From NCBI GenBank assembly GCA_030833925.1, contig JAURGE010000008.1:6617-70616 (forward strand): 64,000 nucleotides of DNA, in the 5' to 3' direction. Position numbers and translations under genes: made by a program. Shown here one piece after another: positions 20,374 through 29,589 of this stretch (positions are counted from its first letter, which is position 1; each line of letters begins with the position of its first letter). This DNA is from Alphaproteobacteria bacterium (GTDB lineage Bacteria > Pseudomonadota > Alphaproteobacteria > Bin95). The notes beneath the pieces are model-generated. The model was not told the DNA's origin. It did no database searches and saw only the letters and a program-made list of their open reading frames with translations.

Positions 20374-21258
20374 TTGGAGTATTTTCTTCATCTCCTTGTA
20401 AGCGGACTTCTATCAGGCCCTGTTTATGCGTTGGTTGGGGTCGCGTTTGTCGTCCTTTATCGCGCTTCATCTGTCTTAAACTTTTCTTTAGGGGCTTGGG
20501 TAAACCTCGGAGCTAAGCTCACAGGTATAGGCACTTCAACGCTTGGACTTCCCCTTCTTCTTGCAATCCCAGGCGCACTGGCTGCCCTTTCAGGCCTAGC
20601 CATCTTATTTAACAAGCTGGTTGTTGAACGACTTTCCAATAGGCCTGTCACCTCACTGGTGATGGCCACGCTTGCACTCGGTGTTCTGATGCGTGCGGGA
20701 TCTGCATGGACCTTAACAGGACTTCCTAGCGAAATCCCCGTGCCGTTTGAAAACGCTCTACTCTGGTGGGGAGATATTCCTCTTCCACCTTCCCGATTGC
20801 TAGCAAGCACAGCAGCAATTGCAATAATTGCCGGCCTTTGGACCTTCTTTCAGTTTTCACGAGCAGGGATCGCGCTACGAGCAATTGCAGATGATATTGC
20901 TGCAGCGGCAACAGTCGGCATCCCTTCCATATATTATCTGTCGTTGGCGTGGGCCCTTTCCGCAGCAGCAGCTGTCGCTGGCGGAGTTCTCTGGAGCATA
21001 GATGGTTTAGGTGGCTTTTCTATGACGTTAGTACTCGCAAAAGTATTACCGGTGGTCGTGATAGGTGGCCTAACCAGTTTTGCAGGCACCATGGTCGCCG
21101 CAATGATAATTGGCGTCTCAGAGAATATGGCTGCAGGTTATCTTGATCCAGTAATAGGAACGGGCTCTGGTGCGCTTGTTGCAGCAGTCTTAATTTTTGT
21201 GACCCTAGCAATCCGACCCAATGGTTTGTTCGGAACACCATCAGTCCAACGAATTTGA
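20374..21258 (+). CDS. Branched-chain-amino-acid-type ABC transporter permease (LivH-like), orphan
   Basis: 294 aa. N-terminus YALVGVAFVVLY..SVLNFSLGAW resembles the LivH family. No cognate ATPase, LivM or substrate-binding gene in the window. Confidence 0.7.
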   Translation: MEYFLHLLVSGLLSGPVYALVGVAFVVLYRASSVLNFSLGAWVNLGAKLTGIGTSTLGLPLLLAIPGALAALSGLAILFNKLVVERLSNRPVTSLVMATLALGVLMRAGSAWTLTGLPSEIPVPFENALLWWGDIPLPPSRLLASTAAIAIIAGLWTFFQFSRAGIALRAIADDIAAAATVGIPSIYYLSLAWALSAAAAVAGGVLWSIDGLGGFSMTLVLAKVLPVVVIGGLTSFAGTMVAAMIIGVSENMAAGYLDPVIGTGSGALVAAVLIFVTLAIRPNGLFGTPSVQRI

Positions 21259-21428
21259 CTATAAAACGAGCAGTGCAATTTTTGATGCGAATGTTGCGCG
21301 AAATTCCGGCTCAAATCCTCGAAAACGGTTAGCAAAAAAATTGAATTTTTTAGCCCGTACATAAGAGGACGGCTCGCATAAAGTTTCATCCTCTATATGA
21401 TCTCCCTGCCGACACGAAGGATAAAGCC

Positions 21429-23717
21429 ATGCCCCATCCTGCGCCCGGCCACGGCCGGCTTGAAGACCATCGCTTCATCACGGGCCAGGGTCGGTATACC
21501 GCTAACCTGCGCAGACCAGGCATGGCGCAGCTTGTTGTGGTGCGTTCGCCGCACGCGCATGCGGATATCATTTCGGTTGAGGTCGACCATGTTAGGGACT
21601 TTGCCGGCGTTTTACTGGCGATGACAGGGACAGAATGGACCGATGCTGGTTTTGGCGACCTGCAGAACACCTCCCAAATCCCAAGTGACCCTCCACTTGT
21701 AAGGCCTCCACGTCCTGTAATCGCTAGAAAACGTGTACGGCACCAAGGCGAGCCAGTTGCATTTGTTGTGGCCAAAACCCGTGCAATGGCGATTGATGCC
21801 GCAGAAGCTATAAAAGTGGAATACTCCCCGCTTCCTGCTGTCGTTACCCCTGAGGCTGCGCTAGCAGAAAATGCCACTCAAATTTGGGAAGAAGCTCCAG
21901 GCAATATTTGCGCTATTTTTAAAGCTGGCGAGTGGGAAAAGGCAGAAGCCAATATTGCTTGTTCAACACATATTCTTGAATTCACCTGCGATAACCATCG
22001 TGTGTCGGCCCTTCCTCTGGAAGTTAGGGCTGCAATTGGAGAATACGACGAAAGTACAGGCAATTTTCTTTTGACTGCGTCTGCCCAAGGTGTTCACACA
22101 ATAAAAAATGGCCTTCTCTCAGTCTTCAATATTCCGGGCGATAAACTCCACGTTAAAGCAGAGGACGTAGGCGGTGGATTTGGGGCAAAGAACTTTGTCT
22201 ATCCCGAGTGGGCGATGGTGTTGGCTGGCGCTAAAATTTTAGGCATCCCAGTTGGATGGGTTGGCGATCGAAGTGAAGATGTTACGAGTGGCGCCCATGG
22301 TCGTGCGGTCAAGACCTTCGCCCGGCTCGGGCTCGACGCTGAAGGACGTTTTACTGGACTTACTGCAGAACTCACGGCCGATATTGGGGGGCATTTGTCA
22401 ACTGGCGCACCAGGTAGCGGCACAGTATCTGTTACCCGATCAATTCACGGAATTTATGACATTCCGGCTGTAGGGATGAAGGCACGAGCCGTCTTCACCA
22501 ACACGGCTCCTGTCGATGCTTATCGGGGGGCAGGAAAGCCGGAAGGCAATTACATGATGGAGCGTTTAGTTGATGAGGCCGCCCGTCAATTTGGTTTCGA
22601 TCCAATAAAATTGCGGCTTAAAAATGCGATTCAAACTTTTCCATATAAGACGCCACTTGGCTTTGAGATCGACACAGGCCGATTTGCAGAAAATATTCTA
22701 GAAGCCGTGGATTTAGCGGACCGAGGTGGCTTTGAAGAAAGGCGCCGGCAAAGTGCCGCAAAGGGTAAACTTCGAGGCCAAGGCTTTGCTTGTTTTCTTG
22801 AGAGTGCGCGAGGTGCTCCGTCAGAAGCTGCCGAACTGAGATTCTCAGATGATGGAATGTTCGAAGTAAGAGTAGGCACAGAGTCTAATGGCCAAGGCCA
22901 TGAAACAACATTCACCCGTCTTGCAGCAGAGCGTCTGGGCATTTCGATTGATGAGGTAAGATATTTACAGGCCGACACGCGCGAGACAGCAATGGGTAAT
23001 GGTCACGGTGGCGCGCGCTCTATGCATATGGGTGGGACAGCTATTTATCATTCGATTGAGTCAGCTCTACAAAAAGGCCGGGCGGTGGCGGCTAGGCTAT
23101 TACAGTCCAACACTGAAACTGTTGTCTTTCGCAGCGGCGATTTCATTGCTGCGGATGGACGTGCGGTATCATTATTTGATGTTGCCTCGGCTGCACGCCA
23201 ACCTGAATTCGGGTTTGAGTCAGGTTTAGACAGCTCATGGCATTGGGATAATGCCCCCATAACTTGGCCTGCTGGATGTCATGCAGCTGAGGTTGAAATT
23301 GACCCAGAAACCGGTGTGGTCGAATTACTTTCCTACAAAGCTATCGACGATTATGGAAAGCTGCTCGACCGCCAACTAACGGAGGGACAAGTTCAGGGAG
23401 GCCTTGCTCAAGGCATTGGCCAGGCCCTCCGAGAACAAATTGTCTATGACCAGAATGGCCAATGTCTTACAGCAACTTTGATGGACTATGCAGCGCCCTA
23501 TGCAAACGACCTGCCCAATTTAGAGGTTCACTTCGAGGCCAGTATGACCGAGGCTAATCCACTGGGCGTTAAGGGCTCTGGTCAGGCTGGAGCCATTGCT
23601 GCATCACAAACCGTAATGAATGCTGTTGCCGATGCTCTCGCATATGCTGGTGTAGCTCCAATAGACATGCCAGCAACCCCAGAAAAGGTTTGGTCAGCAA
23701 TCAAGGCGGCAAAGTAG
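21429..23717 (+). CDS. Orphan molybdopterin-binding large subunit (CoxL/xanthine-dehydrogenase family, form-II-like)
   Basis: 762 aa. AYRGAGKPEGNYMMERLVDEAARQ loop. N-terminal HRFITGQGRYTANL. No adjacent S or M subunit genes. Confidence 0.85.
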   Translation: MPHPAPGHGRLEDHRFITGQGRYTANLRRPGMAQLVVVRSPHAHADIISVEVDHVRDFAGVLLAMTGTEWTDAGFGDLQNTSQIPSDPPLVRPPRPVIARKRVRHQGEPVAFVVAKTRAMAIDAAEAIKVEYSPLPAVVTPEAALAENATQIWEEAPGNICAIFKAGEWEKAEANIACSTHILEFTCDNHRVSALPLEVRAAIGEYDESTGNFLLTASAQGVHTIKNGLLSVFNIPGDKLHVKAEDVGGGFGAKNFVYPEWAMVLAGAKILGIPVGWVGDRSEDVTSGAHGRAVKTFARLGLDAEGRFTGLTAELTADIGGHLSTGAPGSGTVSVTRSIHGIYDIPAVGMKARAVFTNTAPVDAYRGAGKPEGNYMMERLVDEAARQFGFDPIKLRLKNAIQTFPYKTPLGFEIDTGRFAENILEAVDLADRGGFEERRRQSAAKGKLRGQGFACFLESARGAPSEAAELRFSDDGMFEVRVGTESNGQGHETTFTRLAAERLGISIDEVRYLQADTRETAMGNGHGGARSMHMGGTAIYHSIESALQKGRAVAARLLQSNTETVVFRSGDFIAADGRAVSLFDVASAARQPEFGFESGLDSSWHWDNAPITWPAGCHAAEVEIDPETGVVELLSYKAIDDYGKLLDRQLTEGQVQGGLAQGIGQALREQIVYDQNGQCLTATLMDYAAPYANDLPNLEVHFEASMTEANPLGVKGSGQAGAIAASQTVMNAVADALAYAGVAPIDMPATPEKVWSAIKAAK

Positions 23718-23721
23718 GTTG

Positions 23722-25050
23722 ATGAAAAAGAAGCAGTTATGTCTTGGCGCATTCATGCGACCAGTTTCCATACACACAGCTGCATGGCGTTTTCCAGGTG
23801 GCTCACCCGACGCAAACTTTAATCTTAAGACCATCGTTTCACTCGCCCAGAAGCTTGAGGCTGCAAAGTTTGATGCCTTCTTCATGGCCGATCACCTAGC
23901 AGTTTTGAATATGCCCATGGAGGCTTTAAAGCGCTCAGCTACTGTTACGTCTTTCGACCCTTTGACCCTTCTACCTGCGCTCGCGATGGTCACGGAACGT
24001 CTTGGACTGATAGCAACTGCTTCAACAACGTTCGAAAGCCCCTATCTAATAGCTCGCAGATTTGCATCGCTAGATCATATTTCAAATGGCCGAGCTGGAT
24101 GGAATATCGTCACTACGTCTAACCCCGATGCAGCAAAAAATTTTGGGATGGACGATCAGATGCCCCATGCCGAGCGTTACGCTCGTGCTCGAGAGTTCTT
24201 CGACGTGGTGACCGGCCTTTGGGACAGCTGGGCCGATGACGCTTTTGTACGGGATGTCAAAAGCGGCATTTATTTTGATCCTGACCGTCTTCGGGTCCTC
24301 AATCACGAAGGTAAATACCTGAAAGTACGCGGACCGTTAAATATTGCCCGACCTGTTCAAGGTTGGCCGCTAATTGTCCAAGCAGGAGCATCAGACGCTG
24401 GACGACAATTAGCAGCTGAGACCGCGGAAATGGTATTTTCATCTGCCCGCAATATCCCCGACGCACAAGAATATTTCCAAGACATCAAATCAAGAGCCGT
24501 AAATGCAGGCCGCAATCCAGATCATGTGAAAATACTTCCCGGAGCCCTTGTTATTGTAGGAGAAACAGAGTCAGAGGCACGTGAAAAACGAGATCTCCTA
24601 GACAGTCTGGTTCATTATGACAGCGGCATTGCCTCACTTTCCATCGCACTTGGTCATGATGCTTCGCAATTTGATCCGGACTCGCCATTACCCGATGTTC
24701 CTGAGACTGAAGCCTCAAAGAGTGGACAAGAGCGGGTAAAGCGCCTAGCAAACGCTGAAAATTTGACGGTTCGTCAACTCGCTGGTCGTTTTGGAGGTTA
24801 TGCTGGCAACGCGTTTGTTGGCACACCTCAAAGCATTGCCGATGAAATGGAAGCCTGGATCGATCAGGAAGCATCCGATGGCTTCAACATCATGATGCCC
24901 TACCTTCCCGCAGGTCTTGATGATGTCTGCGAAAAAGTTGTGCCAGAACTCCAACGTCGCGGGCGGTTCCGAACAGAGTATGAGGGAAAAACTTTAAGAG
25001 AAAACCTGGGTGTCCCTATACCAGAAAACCGATTCTTCTCCGCCAATTAA
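23722..25050 (+). CDS. NtaA/SnaA/DszA-family flavin-dependent monooxygenase (LLM class)
   Basis: About 440 aa with the family-typical FDAFFMADHLAV...NGRAGWNIVTTSNP segment. Start is ATG 23722 (a TTG at 23719 is also in frame), 1 to 4 bp after the coxL-like stop. Confidence 0.8.
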   Translation: MKKKQLCLGAFMRPVSIHTAAWRFPGGSPDANFNLKTIVSLAQKLEAAKFDAFFMADHLAVLNMPMEALKRSATVTSFDPLTLLPALAMVTERLGLIATASTTFESPYLIARRFASLDHISNGRAGWNIVTTSNPDAAKNFGMDDQMPHAERYARAREFFDVVTGLWDSWADDAFVRDVKSGIYFDPDRLRVLNHEGKYLKVRGPLNIARPVQGWPLIVQAGASDAGRQLAAETAEMVFSSARNIPDAQEYFQDIKSRAVNAGRNPDHVKILPGALVIVGETESEAREKRDLLDSLVHYDSGIASLSIALGHDASQFDPDSPLPDVPETEASKSGQERVKRLANAENLTVRQLAGRFGGYAGNAFVGTPQSIADEMEAWIDQEASDGFNIMMPYLPAGLDDVCEKVVPELQRRGRFRTEYEGKTLRENLGVPIPENRFFSAN

Positions 25051-25213
25051 TATCTAATTGTTTCTCTTTAATCGGATCTGATTGAAATTAGACCTCAATT
25101 TTTATTAGTTGTCTGGATGAAATGGTCGACAGCGCGCTCTGAGACTAGACACCATGACCACGTCACGGCACATTCGCTGTGAAAAATAACATAGGCAGAA
25201 GGCAATCTTTTCC

Positions 25214-26215
25214 ATGCGAATTCTCATAACGGACAGACATATATCTGATGATGGATTAGAGCAGGAAGCTGCAGGACCGGATATTGAGATAGAGGCTTTT
25301 TCTGCCCCCGAAGAGGTTACGGATGAAGCATGGGCAAGGGCTGATGGGATTGTAACTTATCGTGGCGCAAAGGTCGTAATGGCCAATTTGGCGAAGTTAC
25401 AAAAAGCCCGCATTGTAGTGCGCGGTGGAGTGGGATTTGATGGCTTAGACCTAAAGGTCCTTGGTGAACGTAGCATTGCCGTTTGCACAGTGCCCGACTA
25501 CGGCACAACAGAGGTAGCAGACCATGCCATCGGACTTATGCTTGCACTTCGCCGCGGCCTTGATCGCTATGAGGAAAGGATGCGATCAGACCCTAAAGGC
25601 CTTTGGCGCTATGTGGACAGTCCCTGCGTTGACCGATTGAAAGGCAGAACTTTTGGTGTGTTTGGCATGGGACGCATTGGCCTCGCGGCTGCAAGGCGAG
25701 CTGCCGGTTTTGACATGAATGTTGTCTTTTATGATCCCTTTCAACCAGATGGTTACGAATTGGCAACCGGGTATAAGCGACTGAAATCAGCTGAGGAACT
25801 TTTCGAGATATCCGACACTGTCTCTATTCATTCCCCTCTCAATGAGGGTACGCGGGGAGCAATTAATCGAAACCTACTAAGTCGGATGAAAGAAAAAGCA
25901 GTTGTAATCAACACAGCGCGAGGTCCAATCATCGACCTGGATGCCATGTATGAGGCTTTAAAATCTGGAACTCCATCAGGAGCTGGCTTAGACGTTTTAC
26001 CTGAGGAGCCTGCAAATACCGATCATCCTTTAATAAAAGCCTATATGGCCAAAGAAGAATGGCTTCAGGGACGTTTAATGATTACCCCCCATGCTGCTTT
26101 TTATAGTCCACCAGGTCTTCGCGATTTACGCTTCAAAGCCGTGGCGACTGCAGCTCAGCGCATTCGGGATGGTTCAGTCCGAAACTGCCAAAACCTTGAA
26201 TTTTTGGTGGATTAA
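25214..26215 (+). CDS. D-isomer-specific 2-hydroxyacid dehydrogenase (CtBP/PdxB-like)
   Basis: GVFGMGRIGLAAARR Rossmann motif, NTARGPIIDLDAM, HAAFYS catalytic His region. Confidence 0.8.
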   Translation: MRILITDRHISDDGLEQEAAGPDIEIEAFSAPEEVTDEAWARADGIVTYRGAKVVMANLAKLQKARIVVRGGVGFDGLDLKVLGERSIAVCTVPDYGTTEVADHAIGLMLALRRGLDRYEERMRSDPKGLWRYVDSPCVDRLKGRTFGVFGMGRIGLAAARRAAGFDMNVVFYDPFQPDGYELATGYKRLKSAEELFEISDTVSIHSPLNEGTRGAINRNLLSRMKEKAVVINTARGPIIDLDAMYEALKSGTPSGAGLDVLPEEPANTDHPLIKAYMAKEEWLQGRLMITPHAAFYSPPGLRDLRFKAVATAAQRIRDGSVRNCQNLEFLVD

Positions 26216-29127
26216 TGCCTGACGGTTTTCGCCACTCATCAGAAACTCTCATAACTGGAAGGCGTGTTGGTGACCCGAAGCTCGCCAACCGGCTAGCGCG
26301 CTCCATTGAAGGTGATGTGTTCTTCGATGCACCCACTCGTGGGCGCTACTCAACGGACGCCTCTATCTATCAAGTAGAGCCAATTGGCATAGTGCGCCCA
26401 AAGTCAATTACGGATGTTGAGGCTGTATTAAAAATTGCAACAGAGGAAGGTTTGCCTGTGCTGCCCCGTGGAGGTGGCACTAGCCAGTGTGGGCAGACAG
26501 TAGCTGAAGCGATCGTGCTCGATACGTCGACCCACATGAATTCGATTCTAGATGTTAATAAAGAAACCAAAACTGCCAAGGTTGCGCCGGGTGTTGTACT
26601 GGCCGAGTTAAACTCACAGCTCGCTAGGGAAAAGCTGTTCTTTCCAGTTGACCCTTCGACAGCAAGTCGATGCACCATTGGAGGTATGACCGCCAATAAC
26701 TCTTCGGGCGCCCGCTCAATCCGCTACGGCATCATGGCGGACAATGTTTTAAGTTTAGATGCAATACTTGCGGACGGATCTACCCAGCACTTTGGATGGA
26801 TCGACGGCGACGCAGAGGATGAAATTGGCTGCTTCCTCCAGAGATTGGCCAGCCGCGAGAGAGAAGAAATAGAAAAGCGAGTGCCTAAGGTGCTGAGGCA
26901 TGTTGCTGGCTACAATCTTCACCGCATCCCACCACCGGGGTCCGGTGGCTTCAATATGGCCGATATCCTAGTAGGCTCTGAGGGTACACTTGGCTTCTTC
27001 AGTGAGATTGAACTGAAGCTTCAGCCTCTGGCGCCAAGGAAAGTCATTGGTATTTGCCAATTCCCTACTTTCCGCGCAGCGATGGAAGCAACTCGGCACC
27101 TAGTCACGCTAAAACCTGACGCAGTGGAACTCGTTGATCGGACGATAATAGAACGTTCTCGAGCAATGCCAGCGTTCGCCGATATTGCAAAAATTATGTC
27201 TCCAGGAGAACCGCAGGCGCTCCTCATAGTAGAATTTTCAGGGCAAACTGAGACCGAGCTGTTACCTCGCCTCCAAGACCTTGAAACTCTAATGGCTGAT
27301 ATTGGTTGGCCGGATGCGGTAGTAAAGGTGACCGATCCTGGCATTCAAAGGCGGGTCTGGGGAGTAAGAGAAGCAGGGTTGAATATAGTGATGGCTATGA
27401 CCGGTGATGCCAAACCGGTGTCGGTAATTGAGGACTGCGCCATCCCGTTGGAGCATTTAGCAGATTTCACAGACCGTCTGACAGAACTCTTTAATCGTCA
27501 TGGGTCGAGTGGCACCTGGTATGCTCACGCAAGCGTTGGACTTCTGCATGTACGTCCGATCCTCAACATGAAAACGGCAGAGGGTGCAAAAAAGCTAAGA
27601 GCCATAGCGGAAGAAGCATTCGCGATTGTAGCTGAATATGAGGGCTCTCATTCCGGCGAACACGGTGATGGAAAAGTTCGTTCAGAATTCATTGAGACTA
27701 TGCAGGGTTCTAGGCTGGCTCGCGCATTTGAGGAGATTAAGGACAAATTTGATCCTGAAAACCGCTTTAACCCAGGCAATATAGTTCACCCACCTAAGTT
27801 AGATGATCGCGGCTTAATGCGGTTCAAACCTGGGTATGGTCCTAGGCCATTTGAACCTGGCCTAGATTGGTCTGCATGGGGTGGTTTTCTTGGCGCTACG
27901 GAGATGTGTAACAACAACGGCACCTGCCGTTCTCTCCAAGCTGGCGTTATGTGCCCTAGCTTCAAGGCAACCCGCAATGAAACCCACGTAACGCGAGGAC
28001 GAGCAAATACGTTGAGACTTGCTCTCTCGGGCCAGTTAGGAGCAGCTGATGCAGCTTCCGACGCGATGGCAGAAGCGATGCAGCTCTGCGTTGGATGCAA
28101 GGGGTGTCGGCGCGAATGCCCTACAGGCGTTGATATGGCGCGCATGAAGATTGAGGTAGCACATCAGGAGCTTAAGCGCGGAAAGAAAACGGCCTTAGGA
28201 GAGCGAGTAACAGCTTTCCTGCCGCGTGCAGCATCCAACCTTTCAAAGATTAGAATACTTTTAAACCTGCGCGATAAAATACCGGGATTTGCTTGGCTAT
28301 CTGAAAAGACGACAGGACTCGCAGCCCAACGAAAATTGCCTGTTTGGTCGGCAAAACCATTCGTCGAACAGGTCGGAGGTCAGCCGGTAGGTGACGGAAA
28401 GGATGTTGTCCTCTTCGCCGATACATTTACTACATGGTTTGAACCAGAGAAGCCTCGGGCTGCGATCCGCGTATTAGAAGCGGCTGGCTTTCGCCCGCAC
28501 GTTGTTCGCGGCACTGATGGCAGGGGGCCATGTTGCGGTAGAACTTTCCTGGCAAGTGGTATGATCGACGATGCAAAAGAGGAAGCCCTTCGCACTCTTG
28601 ATCTTATGGAACCATATTTAAAAATTGGCGCTCCAGTGCTTGGTCTCGAGCCCGCTTGTCTCTTTACATTCAAAGATGAATTCGAGGCTCTACGTCTAGA
28701 CAAAAGAGCTCAGGCTTTATCGGACTCGTCTTTTTTAATCGATGAGTTTCTTGTTGCGAAGGCAACAGACGAGTTCAGATCTAAACTCAAGAATGGGCCA
28801 AGAAAAATACTGGTCCATGGTCACTGCCACCAGAAAGCCTTCGGCGTCGCAGAGACAACACTTTCGGCACTGAAATTAATTCCTAACGCCGAGGTTTCGA
28901 TGGTGGAAAGTTCTTGTTGTGGCATGGCAGGGTCATTTGGCTATCAGAAAAAAACTCTTTCGGTCTCGATAGCAATGGCAGAAATTAGCCTACTTCCTGC
29001 AATTAGGACGGCAGATCAAGAAACTGTCATTGTTGCTGACGGCACGAGCTGTCGCCACCAAATCCAAGATGGGTCAGGACGATATGCTGTGCATGCAATT
29101 GAAGTCCTAGCAAATGCACTTGAATGA
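26215..29127 (+). CDS. FAD-linked oxidase fused to Fe-S/CCG domains (YdiJ/GlcD-GlcF-fusion type; D-2-hydroxyacid dehydrogenase-like)
   Basis: 970 aa. N-terminal FAD-binding PCMH domain (PRGGGTSQCG). Central CxxCxxC clusters (CVGCKGCRRECP). C-terminal CCG-type cysteine motifs. Start overlaps the preceding stop (TAATG). Confidence 0.8.
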   Translation: MPDGFRHSSETLITGRRVGDPKLANRLARSIEGDVFFDAPTRGRYSTDASIYQVEPIGIVRPKSITDVEAVLKIATEEGLPVLPRGGGTSQCGQTVAEAIVLDTSTHMNSILDVNKETKTAKVAPGVVLAELNSQLAREKLFFPVDPSTASRCTIGGMTANNSSGARSIRYGIMADNVLSLDAILADGSTQHFGWIDGDAEDEIGCFLQRLASREREEIEKRVPKVLRHVAGYNLHRIPPPGSGGFNMADILVGSEGTLGFFSEIELKLQPLAPRKVIGICQFPTFRAAMEATRHLVTLKPDAVELVDRTIIERSRAMPAFADIAKIMSPGEPQALLIVEFSGQTETELLPRLQDLETLMADIGWPDAVVKVTDPGIQRRVWGVREAGLNIVMAMTGDAKPVSVIEDCAIPLEHLADFTDRLTELFNRHGSSGTWYAHASVGLLHVRPILNMKTAEGAKKLRAIAEEAFAIVAEYEGSHSGEHGDGKVRSEFIETMQGSRLARAFEEIKDKFDPENRFNPGNIVHPPKLDDRGLMRFKPGYGPRPFEPGLDWSAWGGFLGATEMCNNNGTCRSLQAGVMCPSFKATRNETHVTRGRANTLRLALSGQLGAADAASDAMAEAMQLCVGCKGCRRECPTGVDMARMKIEVAHQELKRGKKTALGERVTAFLPRAASNLSKIRILLNLRDKIPGFAWLSEKTTGLAAQRKLPVWSAKPFVEQVGGQPVGDGKDVVLFADTFTTWFEPEKPRAAIRVLEAAGFRPHVVRGTDGRGPCCGRTFLASGMIDDAKEEALRTLDLMEPYLKIGAPVLGLEPACLFTFKDEFEALRLDKRAQALSDSSFLIDEFLVAKATDEFRSKLKNGPRKILVHGHCHQKAFGVAETTLSALKLIPNAEVSMVESSCCGMAGSFGYQKKTLSVSIAMAEISLLPAIRTADQETVIVADGTSCRHQIQDGSGRYAVHAIEVLANALE

Positions 29128-29226
29128 CGAACGTCTAAGATCTCCCGCCGAGCCAAAAATTTGGAATACTCTTCGACCCCTCGGGGATCTTAAAAAGCCC
29201 AAGAAACATATGATGAAAAAGAGCAC

Positions 29227-29589
29227 ATGGATGGAGGTGGTGGAGTGATAGGTACAAGAATGCTTTTGGTCATATTGCTGCTAATTCTTCCCTCAACTGC
29301 TCAGCTATCTGAAATAAAAGGCGCTGGACCCGGTTCAACGGCTCAATCAAACAATAATAGTGGTGGAAATGCCCAAATTATCCTTGAAAACCAGATAAAT
29401 GCACTTACCCAAGAGCTGGATATTGCAAAAAAGGTAGCGGCCAACGCGGAGGCTCAAGCTAAGGCTTCGCTTGAAGCTGAAATGAATGACCTCAAGGACC
29501 AAAGAACCTATGCCATAATAGCCGCTATTATTATGTTTCTTATTGCGATCTTTGCACTGTTCCGAAAACCAAGGCCTATATCACAATGA
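29227..29589 (+). CDS. Small hypothetical membrane protein (N-terminal hydrophobic segment, coiled-coil, C-terminal TM)
   Basis: 120 aa. LLVILLLILPSTA hydrophobic start. Heptad-like ALTQELDIAKKVAANAEAQAKASLEAEMNDLK. C-terminal AIIAAIIMFLIAIFALF. Lower GC than its neighbours. Stop overlaps the hyuA start (ATGA). Confidence 0.4.
   Translation: MDGGGGVIGTRMLLVILLLILPSTAQLSEIKGAGPGSTAQSNNNSGGNAQIILENQINALTQELDIAKKVAANAEAQAKASLEAEMNDLKDQRTYAIIAAIIMFLIAIFALFRKPRPISQ

Noticed and set aside
29138-29191. Inverted repeat AAGATCTCCCG…CGGGGATCTT after the FAD/Fe-S oxidase
   Set aside because: The loop is about 30 nt and there is no U-tract. It is not a convincing terminator or known element.
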